Assembly (NCBI GenBank): GCA_039545335.1 | Contig: BCIN01000001.1 | Location: forward strand, 372,001 to 436,000 | From: Kondoa subrosea | Taxonomy: Eukaryota | Length of the DNA stretch: 64,000 nt | Direction of reading: 5' to 3' | In this document: piece after piece, positions 27,092-42,140 of the stretch | Position numbering within the stretch: the stretch's first letter is position 1 | How the letters are laid out: each line of letters begins with the position of its first letter | Notes under the pieces: model-generated | Seen by the model: only the letters and a program-made list of their open reading frames with translations | Database searches by the model: none | Told to the model about the DNA's origin: nothing | Program-made: the position numbers and the translations under genes

Positions 27092-27562
27092 TCAAGCCCA
27101 TATCCAAGGCTCTTCGTCCAAACATTCTTGCCAATATTTCCTACTCCTTACAACCGCTTTAGGTGGACTTTGAGGCAAGACTGGCGTAGGAGATTTCAAA
27201 ATTGGTGAAGATTGTGATGGAGCGCTACTTTCGCCTTTTTCTTCTTTCGGTTTCGCTCTCAGAGGAGGGAGAGGGGATGGTAATCTCCAAGTAATGGAAT
27301 CTTCATGAACGCTTTGTGGTTCTGGTGTATAAGGATAAGCGGCTTGACTTGATGGGACGTTCAAGCTTGAAGGACGAAGAGCGGATTGAACTCTAGTGGA
27401 TTGACGTGACCTCTTAGTCGGGGTGGAACATAGCTGTTCGGCTGTTGGTTTTGCAGTCATGGGTTCTTCAGGAAGCTGCTGGATCGGTTGAAGTGAAGGT
27501 AAAGGTGGAAGAGCAATTGATAGAGGTCGTTTTGGCTTCAAGTTGGATTGATCATCTCTCAT
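27092..27562 (-). CDS. Hypothetical Pro/Ser-rich protein
   Basis: 156-aa uninterrupted ORF with ATG start, convergent with the cyclin gene; no domain recognised. Confidence 0.5.
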   Translation of the reverse strand: MRDDQSNLKPKRPLSIALPPLPSLQPIQQLPEEPMTAKPTAEQLCSTPTKRSRQSTRVQSALRPSSLNVPSSQAAYPYTPEPQSVHEDSITWRLPSPLPPLRAKPKEEKGESSAPSQSSPILKSPTPVLPQSPPKAVVRSRKYWQECLDEEPWIWA

Positions 27563-27974
27563 CGTCGATAGCTCAAGAGGAGTTTACATTAGTCTTTGAG
27601 AAAGTATACTCGAGATGAATACTTCCATGGGGGAAAAACACGATTTTGTCTTCTCGAACTACCAAATTGCATCAGTGCGATATAGACATGCACCGCATGT
27701 TACTGTAACGAACAGCTCTAGGGGATTGTCTTGCAATGCTGTGCTCACAGACCCTCGGCGCTGGCAGCCTTGCCGATTCTGACTTCTTACTACTTCTCGT
27801 CACGTTACTTCCTCTCTGTTGTGGCTATCTCCCTCGCTGCTATACGACCGTGTGTAGCATTCGTTTTGGGGGCTGGCGGTCTGGTCTGAGCCTCTTTTTA
27901 TACGAATCTTTGTCATTTGATTCGTCTCTTTGGTCGCGCTTCTCGTTCTTCTCACCTTTGCACTGAACGATAAG

Positions 27975-30470
27975 ATGGCTTCTGCTGATTCAGCTGCTTC
28001 TGCATTCTCTCCCGCCCCTTCTCATCATCATGAACAAGACGAGGGGGGAAGCGGTACTAGAAGATCAAGCAGAGCTAGAAAGCCTCGTCAATTCGACGCC
28101 AACGTGGTCACTACTTTTCCAGACGATGATGAGCCTTTGGAAGTGGAAGAAGATCCAGAGCAAGGCTTAGCTGCAGAGTTTCGGCTTGGTCCCAGTTCAG
28201 TCGTATGTTCAAGGAATCGCCCGCATTACATCATAGACTATGATTACTGATTCACTCACATGATCTGATTCTCCAGGGTCCCGCTATTCGTTCGTAAATT
28301 CTTCAGTATCGTGGCTTTTGTTGATTCCCCTATAAACAGTAAAGAAGCCCCAAAAGATGACTTCAAACGCTCGTCAGTTCGCACAAAGCTTGATCGAAGC
28401 TTATCTAATTGTTCCGCTTGCTCATGTCTAGGAGGTGCTGGATCAGACGACGATTTTCAAGATGATGAGCCACCTAGCGAGGCAGAAAGTCAAGGCAGTG
28501 TCTATGTGCGTGTTGCGGCAGCGTGACTTTACGATAATTGACTCGACCGTATGCGTAGGCTCCATCTCTAGCACCTTCCAGAGCTTCTTCTACAACTGGA
28601 AGTGCACCTCACACAGCTCTTCTTCCGCCTTACAATCATGAAGCTGGAATGTATGCTCCTAACCAGATGTCTATGCATCAACCTCAGTACCATTACGGAC
28701 CTCCTCCGATTCAGCATCCCCAGCAATACCAGATGCAGCATCATCCGATGCCTCAAATGCCTGTACAGTACAATGGTATTGCTCCTCAAGAACTGTACAG
28801 CATGCCTCAACAATCTTCTCAGCAGCCACAACAACAAATTGAAGCAGCGTCTGGGCCCTCGAGAGCACCTCAAGGTCGAGCTCGAGCTAAATCTCATTCG
28901 CGCAAACCGGAACCAGGTCACGTCAAGCGACCTCCTAATGCCTTCATTGTTAGTGCTGGCTCGCTTTACGGTCTTCTGTTCCTGAACTATTGCGTCTGAT
29001 ACTGCCACAGCTGTATCGCTCTTATGCTTGCAGCGCCAACATCATCCCTGCTTCTTTGCGTATCAACGACCACAGGCAAATTTCTCGAATCATCGCAAAC
29101 TTATGGAAAGAGCTACCACCTGCCGAACGTAAAGTGAGTCCTTGTGTCGAATTGCGTTTCCTCTCGTATCTCTCCTTCTGAGACATTTAAATTGCAGATC
29201 TGGGAAGATCGAGCGAAAGAAGCCAAAGAATTGCATGAAAGAGAACATCCTGGTTATCGGTATGTTCCGGCTCACAAGAAGGATTCTACGATTCCCAAAC
29301 CAAAGCGCAAAACCCCGAAGAAGAAGGCTGTGAGTAGCGTTCTTTCCCCGTCTTGACTAGCTTGCCTGTCTGACAATTATTCAATCAGCCCACTGCTATT
29401 ATTGAAACCGATGAGCAGATGAGAGAAAGACGTCGTTGCGAAGCAGTAGCCAAGACTATTATGCAGCACAAGCAAGAAACTGCGGCCATAGGCGAGGAAG
29501 GTGAAGGCGCAGCAGCAGAAGATGGGGAAGAGCTGCAAAAGAAGATTAGTACTGCTATGAAGAACACTGCGAATGAGATTGCAGCTGAAAAGAAACATGA
29601 AGAAGAACTTAGAGCACAAGGCATTGAAATCCCTTCGAAAGTTGTTCCGAAGCCAAAGAAGGGTAAAGCAACTCGTCGAACTTCCAAACGAAAGAACTCG
29701 CCTTCAGACACTCCATCGGACGAGGAGAGTCCTCAATTGAATGACGATTCACCTCCTCAACAGACTTGGTCTGCTACCCAGCCCACTTTTGATCGGAACT
29801 ATCATGTAGGTTTACTCACAATGAGTTTCTATCATTGCTAAAAGCGATATCAGGAGTACCATTCTTTGCCAAGTCGGTCCTTACTTTCGTGCGTCATCAG
29901 GCTTGAGCTGATTTACCGAGGTAGTGGTTCATCCTAGTCTCCCTCATCCTTCTTTACCTTTGTCGGGAACTAGTCAGCACAGTATGCAACATTATCAGCA
30001 GGCCCTTCCCATGCAGCATGATTCTCATTCTCAACATCATGCCCAGCCTATGTCTGCCTATCCGTGAGCATCCTTGCGCTAAACCATACTATTGCTGATT
30101 GTACAATAGAGCACGACGCGACTCAATCTTCTATCGTGAAGATCCTCGAGGCTATGGACCTATGCCAGTTGAAGCTTACCACGGTCCTCCAGGCGTCTCT
30201 TCTCCACCTTACGCAATCAATGGTTACTATGGACAACCGTCGAGTGGCTTACCAGCTGTTCGTCGTGATTCTGGAGAGTACATCGCTTCACCTCCCTTGT
30301 CTTGGAGACCTCCACAACATCCACAGGCCTATGCTGATCAAGGTCCACCTCACTTCGATTCTTATCGCATGCCTTACAATCCTTCCCCTTCCGATCCAAA
30401 TTTCCAACATTCTGCTCAATCTCCCATCTCCGCTGGACCACCAACTGCTTGGTATCCTCAAGAAGAGTAG
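27975..30470 (+). CDS. HMG-box transcription factor (SOX/MATA_HMG type)
   Basis: Spliced HMG box HVKRPPNAFILYRS...HRQISRIIANLWKELPPAERKIWEDRAKEAKELHEREHPGYRYVP; Gln/Pro-rich flanks. Confidence 0.85.
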
Positions 30471-30661
30471 GATGGAGCAAGAGCAGGTACTGCGTATATG
30501 AACTGTACAGGAGCATGACGTTGAGATTTTCTGTACTGGATTGCAAATGCCATTCTGCTTGTCCGATAGAATTGTATTCTATAGCTCCAGCAAGTCTGTA
30601 AATTACATGATCATCGTTTCCTGCGGTGTATACATGCCCCTATTAAATACTATTGCCTGAC

Positions 30662-33600
30662 TTACAGCCTCAACTCCCCTAGAATCCTTTTAGCCAATTG
30701 CTGATAAGACCAAGCCGATCTGAGGGACTATATCAGCTTGAGGTATACACAACCAACGGAAATCAACATACCCTGATCGCCTTCGGAATTGCAGCCCATG
30801 CATAGAAATGAGAGGCATTTTGCAAATTCTAAGCGCATCGGTTTGAGATTGGTCTGCAATCATGGCGAAGCGACTCACATCAAATCAAATGTCACAACTA
30901 GATCATTGGTGATTGCGGCAGTCGCTTCTGTTCGCGCGTCAACGCCAGCCGTTTGACCTAACGTCCCGCTTGATATACCGTTCCGCGGAGAGCCCAGAGC
31001 AGTGAATGAAGAGGAGGATAAGCCGTTCTGCTGATCACCAAGAGAAGCTTCTGATTCGCCGGGCAGATCTTTATCGAGATCTTTGTCTTTACTGAACGGC
31101 GAACGAGTGAGACCACCGAGACGAGAAGGTCTTCGCTTGATAGCTTCGGGCTGGGGACTACCGACTGAGGAAAGGTCAATACTTGGGGCATGAGCGCATT
31201 CAAATCCAGATTTGATAGCTCGATGCTGAACACCTAGGCGATCCAAAACGCGTAAGATATCGTTCCGGATGACAACGGGCGGTTTTGTAGAGGTCGTGGC
31301 TACAGAGAAGAGACCTTTGAGGTAGATTGGCTTTACTTCCTCGCTGGGCGAGAACGAAGGTGATACAGCTCGGCCAGACTCCAGCAGTGATGGCTGCACA
31401 GGTGCTTGATCGATTGTTTCAGACTGTTGCGCTTCTTCAAGCGCTTCTTCGAGTACATGTCCGCTGGAAGCTGTCCGAGAGCGCCTGCGTGAAGTTTGCC
31501 TCAACCGTTCGCTGACTGAATTAGCTCTTCCCATTGTTTGAGATCCAGTAGCGCTACCAATGGATACACCTCTGACGTGAACTGCTGGTCTGAGGGATTC
31601 TGCAGCGGAAGACGATCGTGTCATTGTCGCCGGCTGAGTTTCTCTAGGCGCTGGTCCCAATCCGATAGAATCACCTTCGGTGACTTGGGGAAGTGCTGCA
31701 ACAGGACCTTTAGAGCTTGATTTGTGCGTTGTACCACTGATACTGGCTCTTGTCCGATGTCGCTTGTAATCCGATTCTGCTAATGAAGGAGATCGACCAA
31801 GAAGAGAATTGAAGCGACGAGCAAAGACACCTTGCTGTGCTAGAGGTATATCATCATCGTGATCCGCGGGAAAAGAGCTTTGATGCTGGTACTCCGCATC
31901 ACCAGTGTTTGGAGCTGAAGAAGCCAGTGTGCTCCTCCTTTTCGATGCCGATGAAGCTTCGAGAGGAATCTGCATAGGTTGAGTAGTAGAAGAGAAACCG
32001 CTTTGCATATTAGGTGATGTAGGAGCAGAAACAGGTACGCGAGTATTGCTCTTCCGACCAGCGGTAAAGCTCTTACGTGAGAAATCGTCTTCGGTAGGTA
32101 AAGGTGCTGCACTTGCTGTGGACGGACGCATTGTTTCTTCACCGTTCGTCCTTACTCTTACTCGAGGTGTTGTTGGCGCGAAAGCGATAGCGCCTGAATG
32201 TGTTTGTTGACCCGCTTCTTGCATCGCCGGTAAGGTAGCAGTAGGAGGTAAGGGTACAGCTTGAGTTTGATAAGCTTGAGCAGGTGCTGGAGGAGGTAGA
32301 GGACCGTTGAGGGAAAGAGTAGAGGAAGCGAATACACCTGGACCAAAAACTTTCTCCCTTTCGATCTTTTCTTGCACTAGATGATAAATTGAGACCAGAG
32401 GGTGAAAACCACGTGTCGGGTCTAAGCTACTTGGTTTCGGAGCCGCGACTGAGGTTTGGGTAAGAGCGTCGATGGAGCTGAACTCTTCTGCTTTGGGTGA
32501 AGTCGGCGTAAAAGCAGCTGTCATACCGCCTGTGATCTTCTTGCGGTAAAAGTCGAAACCTGAAAAACGTTTGTTAGGCGACTTTGGACCACTGCCGATG
32601 TTCCTATAATCTGAAGGTTCATACGACTCTTTTCCTATTCCTCGCTTGACGTCATAAGCTTTGACCGTTGCGAGGTATAATTCTGATCTAAGAACTTCTT
32701 CCAGTCGATCTTCTATCTCTTGCACAGTGCCAAATTCGAATCCAGTCATGCCTTTCAATACTTCCTGGTCGAGTTCACCAGCTCTCAGTGGTTCTCGAGC
32801 TGGGAGATGTGGATCCGGAGGACAGTCGAAACCCTTGACTATCCAGGGATGAGATAGAACTTCTTGCATGTTTGCACGATGAGCTGGATTTGTGACCAGC
32901 ATACGAGAAAGAATATGTTTACACTCTGCAAGAAATGTTAGCATGTTTCTACTTCAAAAATCGGAGGGCAGTGACCTGTGCTCAGCCAAGCAGGATACTC
33001 GACTAAACCGCGCTTGATTTTCGCATGCAACGCAGGCATACTCTGATCGTCGAAAGGTACTTTCCCACACACGAGAACATAGAGAACGATACCAAGCGAC
33101 CAGATATCGACTTCTGGTCCAGTGTAAGGTTTAGCATTGAGGAGTTCAGGTGCGGCAAAATAAAGAGAACCGCAGAAAGTTGAAAGATGAGTGACAGGGG
33201 AGAAGAGATTAGAGAGACCGAAGTCGATAATCTTGATGTTACCGGTATTGCTAATGAGGATATTTTCGATTTTTAGATCTGTCAACCCGCGGCTCCACAT
33301 CAAGACCAGCACTTGTCTTCAGACGATCACGACTGACCTCGATGAACTATGTTATTCGCGTGACAGTACTCCAATGCACTGCCCATCTGTCTCGCAAATT
33401 TCCGAGCACTTCTTTCCCTCAGCCGACCATGAGCGATGATATAATCAAGCATTTGACCACCATTCACGTATTCGAAGATCATATAATGGTGGTTCGGGTA
33501 GACAGACATTGATTTCATGCCGCAAATGTAAGGATGATGCAGAAGCAGGACGATACTGGCTTCTCGTATTGTCCGGACTTCTTTCGACAGATCTTTGGCA

Positions 33601-34761
33601 TGAGCCTTCTCCAAGTATTCAGCTGTTGGTTTGGCAGGTGCTGAGGAATCTTCTGGTCCATTGCTTTTACTTTGCGAAGGGGAACCCGGATCAGCATTAG
33701 ATGACCTGCGTGAGCGAGTTGCCTTTTCTGCATGCGAGTGTTGAGCAGCGTATTGAGCTTGCGCAGTTGCTGTCGAAGTAAAGCGTGGAATGATCTTGAC
33801 AGCAACCTGTAGCACAATGGCCCCAGTTCGACTAAGATAGCCTAGGTAAAACTGGTTGACAAGCTACCTTTTCGCCTGTGATGTTGCTGACCGCCAGCTT
33901 CACTTTACCCATACTACCTGCACCAACAGTCTTGCCTAAAGTCCATTCACCCAACTGCCTTCGACTTCCATTGCTCGCAATAGCAGGTGAAGAAGAACCA
34001 GCAGGACTATGACTGCTCTTGTTGGAATCTCTTTCTCTCCTACTACCCATTTCAGAAGATGTCTTAGCTCGATGACTGTCTCTTCGACCACTAGGTAAAC
34101 CGTGAAAAGAAGGGATTTCAGGTATGGCGCTTTTATCCAATTCTTGCGAAGGTTTCCTTGTCGGTCGGTCGCCTAAATCAGAGGAAGCAGAAGCTGATTT
34201 CCTTGGTTGTCTGGTCAGGTCATTCGAAGTAGTAGCGAGTACTTCAGTATCGTCTTCATCAATCGTTTGAGGAGGTCTAGAACTAGAATGTGCTGTTCGA
34301 GGACTGCTAGTTGATGTTGTTGGTGAATAAGAAGTAGAAGCTACAGGTATATCGGCCACTTCTCGAGCTACAGTAGGTGGAAGTGTATCGAAGCCATTGG
34401 CATTTTGATCTGCTTGGAAACCTTGCGCATCTTTAGCAACCATGATCGGCTGACTACTATTACTACCATCTGACTCTTCGTACAGAGGGCCAACAGGAAG
34501 CGAATTGGAACCAGTGGAACTCATGCTAGCATTTTGATCTTCTGCAGGATGATGCTTGGGCGTAGTCGCTACGAGATTTTCCGCCGACTGCGGAGGTGAA
34601 GTAGAGAAGACTTGGCCGGACAAGACATGATTCGGATTCGTCAGAGAAGGTAAAGGCTGAAGTTGTTGGCTGTGATCGTTTTGCAAGGTCATGTCTCGAG
34701 TAGCGGGCAGGTCCAGCATTGGTTGATTCGTGGTCGCAGCATTTTCAGTGAGCTGCTCCAT
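30662..34761 (-). CDS. KIN1: Ser/Thr kinase KIN1/KIN2 (MARK/Par-1 family) with C-terminal KA1 domain
   Basis: [61 protein letters not shown] and KA1 end [29 protein letters not shown]. Confidence 0.92.
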
Positions 34762-35061
34762 CCTTTATGCTCTATGCAACGCGTTGAGTTGGCGAGAGAG
34801 ATTCGGAAAATGCAACGTTGCCCAATGAAAGTTAAATGCAAGATAATCGTCAAGTAGAGGTGTCGTAAAGCCAGACCGAAGGCTGGGATGTATCAGTACT
34901 GTCTGTCCATGAAGCCGCTTTGGTATACTCCTTTCGATACACGCTCAACCAAGGTCAACCATCCCAAATTGCGAAATGCGACGATGCGTGTCCCCAAGCG
35001 GGCCTCAGTATTTCACAGCATTGAAGCTTGCTCAAGTGTTCGCTCATAATCTCTACAATAT

Positions 35062-36163
35062 TTACAAGGTCAAAGGATCTATCATTGATAGCTTTGCATC
35101 GTTCAGACGTTTCCATGTCTTTACTTTCCCTCCTTCTATATTGACTACTCGTACACGTCGAGGCCACCCTTCTTTCCCATATCTGCCATGCGGAAATAAA
35201 GCGTTGTCAGTAAAAGCTGATACAGATACTATCATGCTTACCCCGTAAAGCTACTTCCTCCAGCGAAGATTTGCCAAACATGTGGTTTCTCTTTCGCTTC
35301 TTCTTCATTATCCGGCTCTTTCCTCATGGCAAAATCATTGCAATGATTGTGACCAAAGAAGTTTGCCAGCACTCCCTTCTCTCTCATTGCTGAATAGATT
35401 TCCGTATGTACTCCAGAAGGTGTTGGTGTATATTGACATTGACCGATCATTTCATGTTTGCCTTGTTGTTGGGTAATGATTTCTCTAGGTGGGATATGCA
35501 TCCAAACTAAATGCAGACCACCATCTTTCGCTGGCGATTGTTTCTTGAACCATTCTATTTGATCCTCTTTCATCCAATCGTACTGTTGCGTTTCGTGTCT
35601 TCCTCCACTATCGACCAAAGTGATGAAAGCGAATTCTTCATCGTTTTCATCCTTGATTCGGATGTTGTAGTTTCCCGCTCCTGCTATATTCCGTGGTCCA
35701 ACTTTGCACAAAGAGAATGGATAGTTGGCTGAAGCTTCCATGACTTGCGTTCGATCGTTTCCATATTCATCATCTCTGTTTCCCAAGATGCAAGCGAAAT
35801 GGATTTGTCGACTTATACATAAAGAGAAGATGGAATCCAGAGCGAATTTCAGATCTTTAGATTCAGTGTTATCCCCAGAATATATAACTAGATCAGGTTG
35901 TTCTTTGTCAAGCGCTTGGTTGAGGAAATCCATAGTCGCTTTTGCAGGTGATCGACCAGTAAGATGTGAGGTAGATGGTTCTCTTCCTTCTGTAAGCGCG
36001 TAATCTGGCTTGTGCGGAGCATCCCAACCGCCCCAGTGAAGATCTTCAGCACAACAAACGTCAATTTTCGGGTTTCGGAGGAGTTTCGAGATTTACCTGC
36101 TATTTGCAAGATCTTGCATCGTTTATATGGCAGTTTCAGCACGGATTCTTCTTCGTTGCTCAT
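35062..36163 (-). CDS. Calcineurin-like metallophosphoesterase, DCR2-like
   Basis: KILQIADLH, PDLVIYSGDN, ILGNRDDE, WMHIP, FFGHNHCNDF, GGSSFTGYG; two introns. Confidence 0.8.
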
Positions 36164-36567
36164 ACTTCAGTTGCGAGCGAGTGCGAGAAAGAGGGATGAT
36201 ACGAAAATAGGTCACTTCTGCGAACGCGTGCCTGCGGAATGACGTTTCCCTCCGCTTTCAGTGGGCAGGTGAGCGTATTGCTATGCATGAGAGGTGTCAA
36301 GAGTGATCGTGTATCTAGCGAGGGATCACATTGCAACGTGATCGACTTGAAATGAGTGATTAGTAATGTAGTTTAAATCTCTGCCGATTGCCTCTTACAT
36401 AGGGACGAGACAAGAGGGAAAGCTGAAGCAATGCAATGAAAAGACAAACGCTGCGCAGATAACAAGGAGACAAGGCAGAAGACTAGGCGATTTTGTTGGT
36501 ATCAACAAAGTATGGTCATTAGTAAGCAAGTGCAGTCAGGTTTCCGGAACTCTTGGAACTTCCCTTA

Positions 36568-37494
36568 ATCAGCATACAGTGCTCACCAGACTATCCATTG
36601 TATCGCTTTGCCTCGGCTTCAATATGGTGCATTGTATAGTCAATGATCGAGACACTGCCAAAGTTGCAGCTGTTGTTGAAGGAGAAATAACGCGGCAGAA
36701 GAGGAAAGGAAGGAAGGCGAACGAGGAATGTCACACATATAATGAAAGAAGAAGCAAAAGAATTCCGATGCCCAAAAAATTAACTTTTCCTTTCCCTACC
36801 AAAACGAAAAGCCTTAATCTAGATAGAAGCGATTCTAACTTTTCCTGAGACTTATTGTTCTTCTCCACTGACCTCTTCTACTCCACTGATCTCTTGAAGA
36901 CGCGTATTCAGTTCAGACACAAGATTTCTGAGTTTTCGTCAGGAGTGTCAGAAACATTATTTTCAGTCGAAGCATAAAACGACTAACACTCTTCTTGAGC
37001 TTCTTCTTCGTACTGTTGCTCTCCTTCCTCTTCATCATCAAGCGAGGCATCTTGATACTGAGCACAACAGAAACGTTAGTACACGCACAATGGAGCGAGA
37101 GCATTGAACGGACTTGTTGATATTCAGAAACCAAACTACAGGACAACAAGTCAGCGTTCATCCTTTCAGAGCGTAATGGAGACAAGGCTTACTCTTGCAT
37201 GTTGGATTCAGCTTCTGTGAACTCCATCTGAGGCCAGATAGATCAGTCACACGGTCAGTGTAGGCGGATCAAGTTCTGTACCTCGTCCATTCCCTCGGAA
37301 ATGTACCAACTAATTCAATAAAATCAGGAATTAATCTGTAAGTAGAGGGAAGGAACCATACTGAAGGAAAGCTTTTCTCCTGAACATGGCAGTGAATTGA
37401 TCGGAAACACGCTTGAAGAGTTCTTGAATGTAGGTGCTGTTGCCGATGAACTATGACAGGCGCAATACGTTACTACACATATGCTTACGGCAAA
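36568..37494 (-). repeat. Left arm of ~0.9-kb inverted repeat (copy of the beta-tubulin 3' region 40702-41613)
   Basis: Direct base-by-base reverse-complement match, e.g. 37450 downwards TTCATCGGCAACAGCACCTACATTCAAGAACTC vs 40743 TTCATTGGAAACAGCACCTGCATTCAAGAACTC; outer end CAATGGATAGTCTGGTGAGCACTGTATGCTGAT vs CAATGGCTAGTCTGGTGAGCACCGTATGCTGAT. Confidence 0.97.
36926..37450 (-). pseudogene. Orphan beta-tubulin 3' fragment (last ~81 codons, introns intact); functional status unknown
   Basis: Splices to [81 protein letters not shown] with no stop or frameshift; no tubulin sequence upstream of 37494. Confidence 0.75.
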
Positions 37495-37775
37495 AGTTGA
37501 CGCGTAGGCTATTTGCCCTTCAGGTTTGATGTGCAAGAAGAGCACAAAGAGATCTTCTGGCAGGCGAGATACGTAAGAAAAGGAGGACCCCAGAAGAAGC
37601 GGAATAGCTGAAGTTCTGCCTTCTCGAAAAATGATGCTCATAAGAAAGCAAGGAAAGTAGAACAGGACAAAGCGAAAAAAGGATCCGGCGAACGAGACCA
37701 AACCTTTCTTCTAAGGCAGTAGTATTACATTTTACAAGTGACGTACACGAGGACCCAAAAGATTGAGACGCAAGA

Positions 37776-38513
37776 TTAGTCTGTTATAAGTTCACTGACT
37801 CTGTGATTGAAACGTCACATCAGAAGATCAGTAATGATCAAGAGGCAACAATGTAACCCTCACTTCCAATCTTCGAAAGAGCCATCAGGTAGATACCGCC
37901 GTACCACTAGAGGAATTTTCTTTTGCGCTAGTTCTTTCATTGCAATGTCGAGAGGATCTGATTCATGAGGTTCCAGCGGTACGAGAACAGGTGCGTTCAT
38001 GCTGTCCATGAGAAAAAGCTACATCAACGGCAAGGTTGATGCTACTCCACTCCACTCCCACTGACCTGATCTGCAACGCCCTTGTACCTAATATCCTAGC
38101 CTTTTCATATTTTGTCATGAAAGGTGTAGTGAAGCGTTCCTCGTTTGGCTGAGCGTTATTGGTTCCATCCGTAAAGCCATTAGGAGCACCACCAGAATGC
38201 ACTATCCCATTCGGATCCCCATCTTCATGCATGCCATTTGGTAAACCATCTTCACCTTCGCCTGGTTCTTCACCTGCTGCAGCATCCTCATCGATATCTC
38301 TTTCATTCAATAAATCATCTTCGTCCTATTGATCCATTCCAATGCAAGCATTAAGTGACCAGACCAGCGACTGAAAGAATAACAGAAATTTACAAGTTGC
38401 GGCTCATCATCGAAACTGAAGACAGCAGAGGCCTAAGTAAAGCGATAGGATTGTCAAGAGGATGCTACTTACTCTTCTGGTACACCTCCAAAGTCATCAC
38501 CTGCGTCAGACAT
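37776..38513 (-). CDS. RPB6: RNA polymerase I/II/III shared subunit RPB6 (RPABC2)
   Basis: [32 protein letters not shown]...[31 protein letters not shown]; acidic N-terminus; four introns. Confidence 0.95.
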
Positions 38514-38803
38514 GGTCGTTCTCTAGGGCAAGAATTCATACTTAGCAAAAAATGCCACCTCGACTCACGAACTCGGATGCGCCTTGCCGATTAGTAGCGC
38601 TTGAACCGCGACACTATCCTTTCTAGCTCTACTGCTACGTGTCCTGTAAGGCTCTACACAACCAGAATCACGTAAAGGCTCTGGCTTACTCTCGCCTTGT
38701 GCTCGTTTACGAACTTGTTTAGTTTCTACGACACACCTTCATATTTGGGTTTCGCTTACACTCCTTTTCAACATATATCTACCCCTTTACACAGTAAAAC
38801 AAC
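38514..38803. promoter_or_regulatory. Bidirectional promoter region RPB6/beta-tubulin
   Basis: 290 bp between divergent ATGs at 38513 (-) and 38804 (+). Confidence 0.6.
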
Positions 38804-41267
<2,464 letters not shown>

Positions 41268-42140
41268 ATCTCTCTTCTAGATAGGATGCGCATATCCGAG
41301 AGATCAGTGGAGGCGGAAGAATAAGTCACAGGAAAAGTTAGAATCGCTTCTATCTAGATTAAGGCTTTTCGTTTTGGTAGGGAAAGGAAAAGTTAATTTT
41401 TAGGGCATCGGAATTCTTTTGCTTCTTCTTTCATTATATGTGTGGCTTTCTTCGTTCGCCTTCCTTCCTTCCTTCCCTCCACCGCGTTGTCTCTCCTTCA
41501 ACAACAGCTGCAACTTTGGCAGTGTCTCGGATATTGACTATACAATGCACCATATTGAAGCCGAGGTAAAGCGATACATACAATGGCTAGTCTGGTGAGC
41601 ACCGTATGCTGATCAAAGAATGTATTGGGAGCGATAAAGACCTACTAGGGCTACAAGTGTTGCTTAGTAATGACTGTTTTGTCGTCAAACCATTCGATAC
41701 CCTGATGCTGAACCGACCGATGGCAGCTTGGTACCAATCAAAGCCTGTCATCACGTCTGCTATTCACTCGAATGCTCAAGTATTCTGCACGAAATCCATA
41801 ATCTCGGATTTGCTTGGATTTGCTCGCACGAGATCTCAATCCCGACCTTTCGCTCCTTGCCCGCAATGTTCCTTGCACTGTAGTATTTGCTGCAAGTGGC
41901 TTCCGCTCATAAAACAACCTTTTGCCTTTTCCGTCCGCCAATCCCAATCTTACAGCCATCTGGGCTCATTTATGCTTGCAACATGTGAAGACGACATTAA
42001 GGCACCAAAGAGCTTGCGTCAAGGCTGAAATTGTACTAGCGGGTCTTTCTTGTTCCTATCTTGTCACGACATCCGTTTGCAAGAGTTGAAGCTTGGCTTG
42101 CCTTGATCTGAGCACTACTACTAGATTTCATTCATACTGA

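Noticed and set aside
27975..30470. Mating-type locus suggested by the HMG-box gene and PRM10
   Set aside because: No pheromone precursor, STE3 receptor or homeodomain pair was recognised in the window; HMG factors and PRM10 are common outside MAT loci.
37451..37865. RPB6-tubulin fusion by splicing RPB6's last donor to the orphan tubulin acceptor
   Set aside because: RPB6's last intron is phase 2 while the tubulin acceptor is phase 0, so the fusion would be out of frame.
41329..41444. snRNA suggested by ATCGCTTCT and an Sm-like AATTTTT(A/T)GG
   Set aside because: No U2 branch-pairing sequence or other snRNA hallmark follows; it is better explained as tubulin 3' UTR.
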